Below, in pieces: positions 25,701 through 38,748 of a stretch of DNA of 64,000 nucleotides. Every line of letters starts with the position of its first letter. Positions within the stretch are counted from its first letter, which is position 1. The stretch is taken from the NCBI GenBank assembly GCA_025201805.1, contig MU619286.1:1-64000 (forward strand), given 5' to 3'. Under the pieces are notes generated by a model that was given only the letters and a program-made list of their open reading frames with translations, was not told the origin of the DNA and searched no databases. A program made the position numbers and the translations under genes. Source of the stretch: Parasitella parasitica NRRL 2501. Taxonomy: Eukaryota > Fungi > Mucoromycota.

Positions 25701-27424
25701 CCATAGGATTTGTAGTTGATAAATGTAAAAAAACCCGGTCAATTCTTCCCAAAGTGCATGAACAAAACTTGGTACTTTAACCTGAATAAAGTTGGGGCCT
25801 AGTGATTGTAAACGGACCTGAGCTGTGTTGGAATCGAGACCTTGACTCATGTCAAGCAAAGCGCGAGGCTTCATACTAAAGAACTTTTTGATATCAACTG
25901 GTTCAAACCTCTGTTGATTTGCATCATAGTGGTATCGAGTAGATTGAAATTCAAAGTAATGCTGACTTTCAGATTTTACAACAGGCACAGTTGTAGTCAG
26001 AGTATCAAATCCAAGCAGCTGTCTAGTCATTTCTTCTACTTTGGATAGAACTGGCATAATGACGCTGTTTGTGCCTTCACTCTTCATCTGAATCACTCGA
26101 CGAGGTTTTTTGATCTGTATAAAGTCTGCCTTTGCAAAGCTTGTTTCGACCCGAAAGTAATTTTTAATCTTGGTTCTGAAAATATTGACAAACAAGTACC
26201 ACGACGTCGAAAGCATCCATGCAACACAGAATGCCTTGCTCGACAAATCGTACGAATTATAGAATAAGCCAAACGGTGTATCCTTGACAACCTTGAATCA
26301 GGAGAATCGGTCAGTAAAGTGTCTTATTTGTAGTACTTATTGTACATATACCCACATAGCCGTAGTAATCCAAAGATAATACCAGCAAAATTACAAGCCA
26401 AAACAATGATATAAGACCCATGTATGCTATCATTACGTCTCCAATTCTGCTTCTTTTGAACCCTTTCTGGCTCAACACATCACTCTCTACATTGCCTCTT
26501 GCAATGCTTTCATCTATATCAACTTGCTCTGGAAACCTTTTTTCATCAGAAATTTTATCATCATGGTGTATAATCTCTTTGCTACTGCACGGACTCTTGC
26601 TCAGTTCGTCTGGAGTTAGTCTCCCACCATCAACAGCAATTCTCTTTAGATGCTACTGGCGAGCTTAGCATTCTGATCTATTTAGTGTCTGCGCTTGACG
26701 TACCTTTTCTTTGGTATATTTATACAGTGCCCATAATGCCCATAGTGGGAAAAAGGCTGCATAAACTGATAGAAAAGTGATTACCGTCACGGCTATTACA
26801 TACTCATTGTTACAACTTTGATCATTTTTACTCGATGGAATACACTCTTGCTAACCTTTTATAGGAAAAGTTATGCCCTGAGGTGGGTCACATTGATTCC
26901 AGATCATGATCTCTGTGGCACCTTGGTTTGCTGAAAGACTTGCCCACGTATTTTTTATTGTGGCTGTTGTTTGCATGCCTGCTGAACATGCTTCGTATTG
27001 CTGCATTGTCATGTTCGTGGGGTCGTAGTTTGGTATGTCAACATGGAACGCACTGCTCTTGCAAGCCTTTAGGACAAGACCGGGTTGCGAGGGGCATGAA
27101 CAAGGGGAAGCTGTTGCAGTCAAACAGCTAGCACGACACGATCCATCAAGGCATAGGTTTAGCCCCGTTGAGCATGAATTGGGTCCAAACTGCGGTGGAC
27201 ACAATGCTTGATCCGTGACACAAAGGACAGGGCAGAGAACATTCGGTCTTGTAACAGCAGGACATGTTGTGCCGTTGTAAAAATGTCCGTTTACTGAATA
27301 AGCGGGTTGCAGTTAATACGTTGGATAGCACATTGAGTCGAGGCAAACCTGTATGAAATTGCGGTATAGCGTAGGCCTGGCGCTGCAACAAAACTAGAAG
27401 AGACGCAAGCGTTAGCTTTTTCAT
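22711..27424 (-). CDS. P5-type ATPase with signal peptide and Cys-rich N-terminal extension, multi-exon
   Basis: ELVPGD, VDESSLTG|EPLP, CFDKTGTLT, KGSFE, MITGDNALT and MCGDGGNDCGAL. Upstream exons give a signal peptide, a Cys-rich segment and TM helices. Fusion of the 5' exons is inferred. Confidence 0.85.
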
Positions 27425-27613
27425 CTTCAAGCACGAAAAGGGAGAGAAGAAGAGTATGAAAATGCTGGTTGAGCCATAGAATAATAATACTCCCGAAAAC
27501 CTTTCGACACGTGTGGTGTATGAATTGCTACGGGAAATTATTCAATGCAAGCCAGTATCACTATTCAAGCTTTTTTTTTTTTTTTTTTTACGTATATAAA
27601 CATACAGGCTTCT

Positions 27614-27642
27614 GGCACAGGCACAGGCACAGGCACAGGCAC
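27614..27642. repeat. (GGCACA)n hexamer tandem repeat
   Basis: ggcacaggcacaggcacaggcacaggcac, upstream of the P5 ATPase. Confidence 0.85.
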
Positions 27643-27946
27643 TGCTGTGCCTCGTAAACGGAAACACCGTAGTCTGGAGCTTAAATTGCAGTACTTTGTC
27701 ATATGAGAGAATCGATTGATCAGTAGTTGTCGGCATTGCTAATTCCAGCTGTCAGAATACATGTAGATCAAACTATGACACTTAATTTATGCAAAATAAT
27801 GCAATAATATTCAGTTAAAAAAAGAAGGCAAGATGATCGAGAAGGGGAGTAAACACTATAAACAGAGCGAGACAGTCAATGTAGACATGGGCACTTTTTT
27901 GCAGCAACTTGAGGAGGAACATTGACACAGGACGATCGTACCAAGC

Positions 27947-29809
27947 TTACTTGTCGAACCGGCAACTGTAAATATGTTGATTGCCGATAGCATTAGAAAC
28001 TGTCTTGATACTCGTGCAATTCACACTCACCTGTAAAATTGCTGTTTCACTCAGAGTCAACCGCCTCTTTTGATATTCATACAACGTCAAACTATTATGA
28101 CCAGCAAAATACATTGTACCAGTAGTCATAGTTGTGACCTGAAGGTATACCTCTGATATGGAGCTAGAATTCTTGGTATCGGTGAATATCAGTGTGTTAA
28201 GCAGCGTGGTTGGCATATCAATTACTATAGTTCGCATTGTGCCCCTAAAATAAGCACAATCGACCAAGCTCAAGTGCTCCAGAGCAGGCATGCTAACAGA
28301 GATCCTAGTCAAATCATCTTTTTCAAGCTGGCAATGGCTCAAAGAAAGTCTTTTGGCCGAACTGCTCCTTGTCTGGCACGTAGACGTGGCGTGATAACCA
28401 AGTAGCGAGCAGCCTACCATAGTCAACGATTCTAACGAGGAGCAGTAATTTAAAGCGTCATTGAAAAGGCAGCCACCAATGGTTTCAAAGTCTTGTATTG
28501 CTTTTTGATTAGCAGTATTAAAGGATAAATGATGAATGTAGCTTCCAGATGCTCTCAGCATGGCCAAGTGTGGTAAACTATCAGCTTCTTGTTCTCTAAT
28601 CAACGCTTTCTCATATTGCGTTGCTCGTTCGAAAACTGCAGAAATCTTGTTGCTACCCAAACAAGATGAACGATAGAAATCAAAGTGTAGCATTGGATTA
28701 TCTGCGCTGATATACGAATGATCTTCCGTCTTGTATTTGATCTCAACAGACCCTTTGAAGCTTGATGTATTGAGAAATTTGGCAAGAAAATCAATAGCAT
28801 TCGCCATGTAGACGTTGTGGAATTTAGCTGATTTCATTTGAGATAGACAAACTAAAAACTGCACGGTAATCTCGGGCGATAGCTCATCTTCTCTGGTTTT
28901 GATATCAGCTACAAGCTGATGGTCTTGACTGTTGGTGTTGATTTCCAAGTATTGCAGCCGAGGAAACTTGAACATAATGTATTTGAGAGATTCAGTAGAC
29001 ATTAACAGGAAATTTCCTTTGAATGACCTGATTCTGGGCCGAGCTCGGATTTGCTGCAAATCTACCCTGGTGTAGACATCATCGCCCAGGTGATTAAAAA
29101 AGCCAATGCTTGCTATTCTTTTCAAGGAATATGTTGTAAAGCTGAATGAGTACAATTGAGGGCACTTTTCGATAATGTCGTCAAATTCAAAAATATATTT
29201 ATCAGTGTGTTTGATGAGTGACAAACTCTTCAAATTAGTGAATTCGTCCAGCTTCTCCACCATTTCATCCATAAAATCATCTTGAAAAATATCATCAAAA
29301 TAGCATTGCCTGTTGGTTGTGTCTCCAATTGTAATCCGTGTCAATTTCTTGCGCATAGCCATCACACATTGCATATAATCTCGAAATACAGCCCACCCTT
29401 TCGGGACAGGAATATTTACGAGAAGCTGAAAGTGCCCTTTTTGATAAGCAGGCAACAGGCTTTTAAAGAATCCACTATTCGCATCATTTGTATTCAAATA
29501 TTTGACATTGGGACACAATTCAGCCAAGCGTAATAAAATTTCGAATCTATCGGCAGAAACTGCATAAAATGGAGGCAAAAAGACATGATCAAGATCAATA
29601 GACTCTGCGAGTAGTCCAAGTTCTTGGAGAGTGGAGATGGTACCAATATATTTCTCGGCCTGGGCTTGATATTTAAGAAGAATGTTCTTGTAAGCATATT
29701 TTTGAGCAGGCCAATACCAACATTTGCAAGATTCTTGGCATTGAAAGAGATCACTCCTTGGTAAATAGCTAAACACAAGGTACTGAATCTCAACAGGTAA
29801 ATCATTCAT
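27947..29809 (-). CDS. F-box protein with LRR-like C-terminus
   Basis: N-terminal MNDLPVEIQYLVFSYL..DLFQCQESCKCWY, plus repeated CPxLxxL / LxxLxL units. Confidence 0.85.
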   Translation of the reverse strand: MNDLPVEIQYLVFSYLPRSDLFQCQESCKCWYWPAQKYAYKNILLKYQAQAEKYIGTISTLQELGLLAESIDLDHVFLPPFYAVSADRFEILLRLAELCPNVKYLNTNDANSGFFKSLLPAYQKGHFQLLVNIPVPKGWAVFRDYMQCVMAMRKKLTRITIGDTTNRQCYFDDIFQDDFMDEMVEKLDEFTNLKSLSLIKHTDKYIFEFDDIIEKCPQLYSFSFTTYSLKRIASIGFFNHLGDDVYTRVDLQQIRARPRIRSFKGNFLLMSTESLKYIMFKFPRLQYLEINTNSQDHQLVADIKTREDELSPEITVQFLVCLSQMKSAKFHNVYMANAIDFLAKFLNTSSFKGSVEIKYKTEDHSYISADNPMLHFDFYRSSCLGSNKISAVFERATQYEKALIREQEADSLPHLAMLRASGSYIHHLSFNTANQKAIQDFETIGGCLFNDALNYCSSLESLTMVGCSLLGYHATSTCQTRSSSAKRLSLSHCQLEKDDLTRISVSMPALEHLSLVDCAYFRGTMRTIVIDMPTTLLNTLIFTDTKNSSSISEVYLQVTTMTTGTMYFAGHNSLTLYEYQKRRLTLSETAILQVSVNCTSIKTVSNAIGNQHIYSCRFDK

Positions 29810-30399
29810 TTTTTCAAGCAAACTGATTAAAGGGTAAAAAAAAGAGTTATCAGATTCTTTTCCTTGAATAAAATAGATGAAAGTTTGTAGCACAAGATTC
29901 TTATCAGATTTTAAATTTTCCCTTGGCGGGGTATTTGTTATCCCTCCGCCTCCCCCCCCTTTTTTATCATTTTCCTCTAGACAACCCTATAAATCAATCA
30001 CTTGAGGTAGAATAACATTTGCTAAACGATTAAAAACACATTCCAATTGCCAAGAAAAGGTTTAGAATAACTATATATGATCCCGATTCCTGCTATCCTG
30101 TTCATAAAGCCTAATTTTTCTTTAGGATTATCGCCTCGTAGCTCCTCTTTAATGCGGTTATTTGTGGTTTCTGTACCTTTTTGAGTTGCTACATTGACAC
30201 TATAATTATTAAAGTCTAGAATATATCCAAGGCCTTGGGGCGACATTGATTGCCACTGATAATGCTTGATGCAGAGAAATGCTTATTATACCATTTAGTT
30301 ATTTGAAAACGGAAATGAAAAAGACGAGCAGATGGCAGGAGGCCATTTTTTGTTAAAAAAAAAATGCATGATGCATGGTGCTGACAATATCATACCTCT

Positions 30400-33249
30400 C
30401 TATGTCTTCTTTTCTTTGAAAAACTTGGATGTTTTGACCATAATTAATCCAAATTTATCCACATGTTCTACATGCTCCCCTATCCATCTCGGCAGCTTTT
30501 TACCAATGCGCGGGGTAGCATACCGTTTATCAAGTAGAATAATTGCGGCATAGTCTCCCCGATGACGAATAGCACGACCAATAGATTGATTTACACCACG
30601 CATACAGAGGTTTTCGTAATATTCAGCACCTGCGTTGGACTTTCCTTTCTGTAGTGGCTGTTGGTATTTAATTTGATTCAAGGAATATCATATTTACCGA
30701 GTATTGCTGAGCATATTTCATCTTTTCAATTAATTCAACAGATCCTCGATTGGCAAACGGCAATCCAATCATAATGACGCCTCTTCCTAAAGTATCCGAA
30801 AAATTGATGCCTTCAGACATTTTGCCATTCACGACACACAGTAGCAATGCACCCATTGTTTTATCTGGCGTGCTAATCTGTAAAGCATAATCTCGCAATG
30901 TATTTTCTACTTGATTGCTCTCTCTAGGTTCTTTAAACACCTTTTTTCGCTTTTCGATTTGCGTCAGTATCTTTCCGTTATCCGCTGTAGCCCAGCGTTC
31001 ATACACTTGGTCAAGATAGGTAAAACTAGGAAAAAAACAGACAATGCCATCGGGAATGACGTTACTTAGATTTGCAATAGAAATGCCAACTTCGTCCATC
31101 TAAACAACGTGTCAGAGCCAATAACGGAACTACCGCAATGTCAGGAGTTTTACCAGTTTCAAATCTTGTCTGCTTTCATAATTGAATATCAATGGTTGTC
31201 CTGACGGCCCTACATCTAATGCTATCGTTGTGAGGTTTTCTGGGGGAATAATATGTCCACAAGAGAAATGCGTAATTCTAGTTTCAGGCACATAAGGAAA
31301 CAGATGGTCCAAGAAATCCGAAATCTGCAAATGTATGTGAGTCATTAATTCTACAAAGAAATATTCTCTGCCTACTGGTTCCATAGTTCCACCCGCCAGG
31401 ACGATGCTTTTGGCCTCTTCTACAATAGGTCTGAATGCATCCGCAGGATTCAGCAACATGTACTTGATAGTAACACCTGGGTTCTCTGCACTTGCAAAGC
31501 TTGTGACAATACGCCCGTCTTTATCAGGGTTTGTCAAGGCCATCAGAAAACTCTCAATTTGAGTCAGTGTCAATGTTGAAGAATTGAGCGACGGTGAAGG
31601 TGGCGCGATAGATGCCTTTGGGTTCTTTAGCTGTTCCTTTTGCCTTTCGTCTTCCTCCTTTTCCCGCGCTTTATCGATGAATCCGTTCAACTTGCGAGCA
31701 AGACTACTGGCCTCCAGATAATTTTGGATTTTAAACATGTTGATGTGGTCGATGGACGAAGCATGCAAAAAGTCATTGACTCGCATAACAGAGTCTTTCC
31801 GCTGTGATTCTTCCTTGGGGGTCAAATGCCGTATCAAAATCTTGATGATGCTCAATATTTGCTTGATATACACCACATTCTTTCCCAATAGCCTTGATCT
31901 GTATTTTTGAATGTACAAATTGAGTTGAGTCCAGGCCAGCTGAATTTGATGCCGTGATAGCGACACCGTGTATATAGACGTCATGGTTTCCAGCAAATTG
32001 TGTGCCTCATCGATAATTACAATATTGTTCTTTAGTGATATGCCCAGTGATTCCCTAGTGTTGGCATGAAGCAAATGCTGATAGGGCAAAACAACTAATC
32101 TGGCTGACTTTACTGTGTTTCTTGACCCATAGTATGGGCAAGTCGAAAGTGTCTCTCCCACCAACACCAAGTCTTCGATGTCTCGCACTTTTGCTAAAGA
32201 ATGGTCGCGAAATTCATTCCATTTGGCTGTATTGTCCCACGCTGGTAAGAATTTGCACGGCCCTTTCTTGGAACCATTCTTTTGCAGGTCTAAACACGCC
32301 TCGTTGATCTTGTTAACATTCCCAAGTTTATTAACGTTGGGATTAATGCATAAATTCTTTCTCGAGGCAAGCGAAATTTCGTATATATTTTTGGCGTATA
32401 TTGTCTTGTTTACTTCGTGTACAAACTGTGAGAGCTGAGAATGTGTTCTGGAAGCATAGTATATCTTGACTTCATTCTCCAATACAGCCCCATCGTCGTC
32501 ATCGTCGTTATCATCGTCATCGTATGAAATAGAGGGCTTCTTCTTCTTGGATTCAAACCTGTGAAACCATCAGCAGCCACACTACACAAACCAGTATTGC
32601 CCTTACTTTGCCAACAGGTCTTGCACTTCTTTAGATAAATTGGATGTAGTGTCGATTTTTCTGCTGGATTTTTTCTCGTCATCGCTCTCATAGTCCTCAA
32701 CAAGAAACTCGTCATCATTGTCGTCTGATTTAGACTTGTCAGGTCTCGGCTTCTTAATGCCTCTTTTTTTTGTTGCTAGCTCAAACATGCCCTGTCTTGC
32801 TTCAATGTCTCGAACACGATCAATCCGTTTTTTGAGCTCTTCTTTCTTTTTCGCCAACTCCAGCTGCTTTTTAGTGCTTGTCGATTGGCTCTGTAGCGCT
32901 GTGATCCAGTCAGGCTGATTTGCTAGTGATTTGCACGTTATACAACTATAACAGCTCTGTCACAACCTAACGTACCTTTTGGCTGAACTGGGGCTTGTGC
33001 GATTTCTGGCCCCTTTTCATCATTATCTTTTAACCACTTTAACGATCCACATATTAAACTCAATGATTTACCCTACAAACTATGTGTCGGCAATCTAAGA
33101 ACATGCCATTTTATAGAAGTCCTTACAGTGCCTGTTGGGCTCTCGAATATTCCAATTTTCCCATTCGACAGGACATCATAGAGCTCCTTCATAAACTCTT
33201 TTTGTATTGAATAAGGCTCAAACGGGAACCCAAACGATTCAGAGGCCAT
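30400..33249 (-). CDS. CHL1: Fe-S DNA helicase Chl1/DDX11, multi-exon
   Basis: [15 protein letters not shown]|[46 protein letters not shown] and [10 protein letters not shown]. Confidence 0.95.
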
Positions 33250-34371
33250 TCTCTTGTTTTTGCTGTTGTGTTGCTTTCAAAACAAGAAAGAAGAAACGCC
33301 AAAAGTCTGTCAATCGCGTGTTAAAAAAACTGATTCAATTAGGGCAATACTTGATGTTCATTGGCACTACACGAGTGAGGTTATATAAATCCCCCATTAT
33401 ACCATAATGGAAACGTTTTTTTGGGTTTGATCTTTACATCAGCAGTATATGTCGACTGTGGCTGTAAATAAGAATCAATTTGAACAAATAATGCACAGCA
33501 ATGTTGCAAATGTTGCTGCAATGCTCGGCTATATACTTTCCTACCAAGTACCTCACCAGTAGCAATCCACATCCTCAAATTTTGTGAGGAATTTCGATTG
33601 TATGTGGTTTGAGACATGTGCATCTTATCTGCTTGGTGTTCCTGGAGGGAGTGTTTTGTAAAATTAGGGAACTTTGCCGAGGGAATTTAAGGTGAATACA
33701 ACATCCTTGCCTTTTATTCTTTTCTTGCCTTGCTTTTGGTTTTATCAAGTTAAAAGCAGTTATGCTCTTTAAATTCAAAAGAAGGTAATATTCGTATTAT
33801 TTTCTAGGGGGGGGGGGTGGTTATTTTCGAAAATCTTGTTTTAATATACGATATAATATCTATTCGAATATATACATTTGTATAAAGATATCAAACTATA
33901 CACAGGGAGAGGGAAAGAGAGATTAACCTTGATTAAAGGGTATAGCTTTAGTCGAAAACCTACCCATAGCATTGAAGCCTTGTTGGTAGATAACTGAGAG
34001 ACTACTCTTCTAAAGGTTGGATCTCTAGCACAGCACCACTCCGGCACCGCTACATATGACAGACCAAACTGTTGTGCCCGTGTGAAGGGTGCAGCAAAAT
34101 GTTGTGTAAATGTTATATTAAAGAAGCAAATAAGACTTTCTTGAATTGAAAACAGATACAAAACTAAAGGCTTTTATTGACATAAGATATAATCTTTACT
34201 TATTACTCTAAAATATATCCTAATCAATGTTTATTTGTATACAACATCTGATGTTTGACAGAAGTGTCAAATATTATAAAATCACAGCATTTCCATGAAC
34301 AGACCTTTTCTTCTATTTTATATTAAAAGAGAAGATGTGAACCAGATGTCTTCCTGACATCCCGCGATCTG

Positions 34372-34487
34372 ATCTTGATGTAATTGTTGTATCCATAGAA
34401 TACCATGGTTACCACTATTTCAACTCAGTTGTCATGGCAACCGTTCCTGATCGGATCAAAGGTTAAATGGCATTGATTATTCTATCA
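34372..34487 (-). repeat. Dispersed non-coding repeat, copy C
   Basis: Reverse complement aligns with 1607-1729 and 2154-2226. Confidence 0.8.
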
Positions 34488-35285
34488 ATTGAATAGAAGT
34501 ATTCAATAGAATGTCTTGCAAAAAAAAGCCATCTATTTGGGTTCTACTTATTCTAAATTGCGAAGCTCAACTTATCGATGAATGATCCACATTCATAACG
34601 TTTAGCTGATTAAATATAGAAATAGGTCTTGCTCTGACTACTACTGTGTTATAATCTTGTTTGACAAGAAGCTGTCTATTTATATTATCTGGATAAATCT
34701 ATAAAATACAATCAAATCAAATCATGTTTGACATTTAATTGTCAATTAATAAATCAATAGTTTTGTATCTGGTAAATTAAGTTTTTATTGCTTTCTTTTA
34801 TTCTTTATATTACATACAATCACCTGCTGTGCTCATTTTCAAGACCTGGCACAACAATATCATCCCTTCGATGATAAAACATAAATGAAACTATTGAAGC
34901 TAATAGGATAATGAAAGAGATCGACAATCTTGCTTATAATGATAATATTAGAATTTTAAAAAAATTGTCTAGCACCACTTTTGATTTAGTGTATAAGATT
35001 GTAAGCTACAAGATTAGAAAAGAGATACGTTGGTTACTTATATCGAGGCAAAAAGCTCGTTCGTTTTGGCTGATCCTGGTAAATGGAGGATAAAATGTAT
35101 GTTTTCAGAATCCATAGGAGAAGGATGAAGTATGCTCCGTTTTATTATATATGCATTTCAAAGCATCACAAGAGTAAACCCTCTTGTCAGTCTTTCTGCC
35201 TTCTCTCTTTTTTGAGAAAAGACACTGATGACATGGTAGCTTTGCCCAAAGTAGAGTTCGAGCAGCCAGTATACGTGACTAGCCA

Positions 35286-36380
35286 ATGGCTCTTTCTTTC
35301 CTCTCTTTCAACAATCAAGTAATGCAAGGAGAACCTGCTTCTACAACAAACCCACAATATAAACTAGTTGAATATAACAGCATTATCTATGAAGTACCTA
35401 TAAGATACATCGATCAAGAAAATGTGCTGCTTCTAAGCGATTTGCAGTGCTTGTTACCCAAAGCAACAGCCGTACTAACAAGCTCCAAGCTCATACCATT
35501 CAAGTTACACCCTGAACATCATACCGAGCTAATACCGAAAAGAATCCCAATACCCGATGTGAATAAAAGCAATGTCATTTGGCAAGTGCATGTCCCTGAA
35601 GAGGTTCCGTCGAATTTGATGGAAATGCAGATAAAAGTAGATCAGTTGGGCGAGAAATTAGATCGTTTGTTGGTATCGCTAGTAGAGCAATCTTCTGACA
35701 GCGATAATGACATAACAACACCTGCGGCTAACGATATCATGAATAATAATACACATAATTTAGAGGATCGCCGTAGCGAGCACAGTAATCACCATGACGA
35801 CCGAAACGAAAATACAAGAAGTAATGAGGTAACAGTTACGGCCGTGAGCTGTTCATCGCGGTCAAATAGCCCACCTCCCGCATTTTCAACGTCCTCGCAC
35901 ATGTCTGCTGCAGATGCCTCTTCCTCAACACCATCGTCATCCTCTACTGTCAATAGACAGCAGCTACAACATGAAGCGCCACCCTCTTACGAAACATCTG
36001 TCCTGGGTACAATTAAAGTCCTGAATGATAAACTACGATTATATGAAGCACATATATCCAATCGACATAAATCACCTAAATGGTTAGCAAAAAGAGATGG
36101 ATGGATTTCGCGAGAGCCCAGCAGTATTGAACAAATTGCATTTCAATTGGTGCAACTAGAAATGGCCTTATTGTGGACTGCAGTTACTGAATCATGGATC
36201 CAAGAACGTGAAACATGGCTAACGTTGGTAGCAAGCTCGCAATCAGAAAGACATTTAGCAGGAGCAATCATTAATTTAGAGAGGCATACGTTGGTTATGG
36301 ATGACAACTGGCAGCAATTAAGAGAAAGATGGCTCAACGAATTATTGGAAATAGTAGTACTGCCTTTAAGCCATGGATAG
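35286..36380 (+). CDS. Hypothetical protein with Ser-rich linker and Trp-rich repeated helical C-terminus
   Basis: Long ORF. True start may be a short upstream exon (~35232). Confidence 0.75.
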   Translation: MALSFLSFNNQVMQGEPASTTNPQYKLVEYNSIIYEVPIRYIDQENVLLLSDLQCLLPKATAVLTSSKLIPFKLHPEHHTELIPKRIPIPDVNKSNVIWQVHVPEEVPSNLMEMQIKVDQLGEKLDRLLVSLVEQSSDSDNDITTPAANDIMNNNTHNLEDRRSEHSNHHDDRNENTRSNEVTVTAVSCSSRSNSPPPAFSTSSHMSAADASSSTPSSSSTVNRQQLQHEAPPSYETSVLGTIKVLNDKLRLYEAHISNRHKSPKWLAKRDGWISREPSSIEQIAFQLVQLEMALLWTAVTESWIQERETWLTLVASSQSERHLAGAIINLERHTLVMDDNWQQLRERWLNELLEIVVLPLSHG

Positions 36381-36643
36381 GCTGGGAAAGGGAAATTCTT
36401 CTGTAAAATAAAGCTTGCTTCTCAAATCATAAACCGTTGTCAAACGTACATGAAACACCAACCTGCAGATTTCTTTGCACGGCATGAACGTGTATATTGT
36501 GAGATGGGCATCCCAAATTTTTAGTTTTGTATTGGATTTCTTATTTATTTTCGTTAGCTACATGATATTTACAAAAACTGGAATCTTTTAATAAAAGAAT
36601 GGAAAGATATACACATGGTGAGAATGAAGACGGCGGTGGATGT

Positions 36644-37552
36644 TTAGTATAGCTTTTCGATTTCACGAAGTGCGTCAGCTGATGATTGAAGTCTTTCCTC
36701 TTCTTCTTTGCTAAGAGGAACATCGTAAACATGCTGAATGCCTTCCCATCCAATCTTGGCCGGCATGGAAAATGTCACACCATATTTTTCAACATAGACA
36801 GAGACAGGATGAACCAACTTTTTGTTCAAAATAATGGTGTGCACTAAATCAGCAGCACAGGCACCAATCCCATAAAAAGTAGCCCCCTTGAGACGGATAA
36901 TCTCCATTGCTTTTCCCAAAACAATCTTTGAAACTGCCTTTTTGTCAATGGCTTGATATTCGGGAAAGGATCCCAAAGGCTGTCCGCCGATAGTAGCAGC
37001 ATCCCAAGCAATCATTTGTGAATCGCCATGTTCACCAAGCACAAAAGCGTTTATGGATTTTGGGTTGACATCAAAGATTTCTCCAAGATAGACACAGAGA
37101 CGTGTAGTATCCAAATAAGTGCCCGATCCAATCACTTGACTTGCAGGCAATCCAGATAGCTTACGAGCAATATGAGTCAAAATATCAACTGGATTTGACA
37201 CCATCAATATGACAGCGTCTTGCCTGATAGGGCACAAACTTCCTATAACATTTTTCAAGACCCAGTAGTTTCGTTGAATAAGTTTAGTGCGAGGTTCGCC
37301 ATCTTTCTGTTTGGCACCAGCAGTAATCACAATGATATCAGCTTGGCCTGCTTCTTCAGGAGTAGCACCTCGAATACGAGTATGACTGACACTGGCAGCA
37401 TCAGCTAAATCGAGAACTTGAGCCTTTACAATGTCAGGACTGACATCAACGATTAGAATTTCGGAGCAAATGTTCTTAAACATCAATGCATAAGCAAGAG
37501 AAGCGCCAACTGCACCAGCGCCGACTATAGCAACTCGAGAGTGTGAGACCAT
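36644..37552 (-). CDS. ldh: NAD-dependent L-lactate dehydrogenase (intronless)
   Basis: [18 protein letters not shown] (Gln at the LDH specificity site), [15 protein letters not shown] and GEHGDS. Confidence 0.93.
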   Translation of the reverse strand: MVSHSRVAIVGAGAVGASLAYALMFKNICSEILIVDVSPDIVKAQVLDLADAASVSHTRIRGATPEEAGQADIIVITAGAKQKDGEPRTKLIQRNYWVLKNVIGSLCPIRQDAVILMVSNPVDILTHIARKLSGLPASQVIGSGTYLDTTRLCVYLGEIFDVNPKSINAFVLGEHGDSQMIAWDAATIGGQPLGSFPEYQAIDKKAVSKIVLGKAMEIIRLKGATFYGIGACAADLVHTIILNKKLVHPVSVYVEKYGVTFSMPAKIGWEGIQHVYDVPLSKEEEERLQSSADALREIEKLY

Positions 37553-37984
37553 TTGTTTAATAATTCAAGTTTTTTAAGAGATTGACGAAAATAAAAAAAC
37601 AAAGACGGAAGGAAAAGGAGCCATATTTTTATACTACCTATACCGGAGTTATCCGTTGTTTGGACGCATGAATCCTCCCACATGGCAAATCAATCTTTGA
37701 GTATGGCTGTTTTGCGCATAAAATTACTAGCCGCGCAATTCTCTCCGCTACGCTCGAAATACGGCGTTGCTCTGCTTTAAATTAAGTTCTCATTTTTGGA
37801 TCTTTGCCTTGCTATGGTGAAGCCTTTTTAGTAAATCAATGTAATGAGTAGCTTAACTGTTATGCACAGAGGATATAGAAATATGATCTGCTAAAAAAAG
37901 TCTAACTTTATAGAAATAAAGACACAAGAACTACTGACTTTATTTGATAAAAATACTGTATGCCTTTTTTTTTTTTTTTTTTTT

Positions 37985-37993
37985 NNNNNNNNN
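37985..37993. other. Assembly gap (N run after polyT)
   Basis: n characters. Confidence 0.95.
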
Positions 37994-38748
37994 NAATATA
38001 TAGATTATTTCTATTGTAACACTATTTGTCATCATTAGGGTTAAATATTGAATTTGGAAGTGTGTATTAACAAGTTAATTACTTGTTTTGTGCATCAATA
38101 GTTTAATTATTGTCATTGTATACAAAGAATCACCAAATCTATTAGTTTACTTAATCTTGTGCCTTTCTGGCTCAGTGTTTTACCCTCTCCCAGACCCCCG
38201 TTCGGTCAATTGACTATAAATAATCAGATCCGGATCCATCGGAGCTGCTGGAAAGAAAACATGAATTATAGTATGTTATATGATGATGATTGCAGCAAGC
38301 TTTTTTTTTTAAAAACATGCGTAAAATGCATTAAGACGTTTCCTACTAAAATTTGGAATAAAAGCTTAGCATGCGAAATAGTAAAATTGAAAACTTCCAT
38401 ATGCTCGAGCTGTAAACGTGGCTTTGGAGTTTGAGAGTAAAATATCATGTCATGTACCGGAAGAAGTTTGTGGGCAATACCATATCCCGTAATCCGCTTT
38501 GCTTTGAATGCATAATGACCCATGATTTATTGTCCAACACTGCTAATTTTTGACGTTCAGCATGTATGTATTTCTAGCCTGACTTTATGCAGATTTTTAG
38601 AATGGCAAGTTTGCATAATAGCGTCCCTGTTCGGTCCGGCAGCTTTTCAGAGTGGAAAGTTTGCAGAAAGCGTAATCAGCAGTTGACGGTACACCATACA
38701 AGCACAGGGCAGATACGTCTCTCTCTTTTTTGGCATACAAAAGCAAAA

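Noticed and set aside
30022-30246. 74-aa ORF between the F-box gene and CHL1
   Set aside because: Short, with no motif; cannot be supported as a gene.
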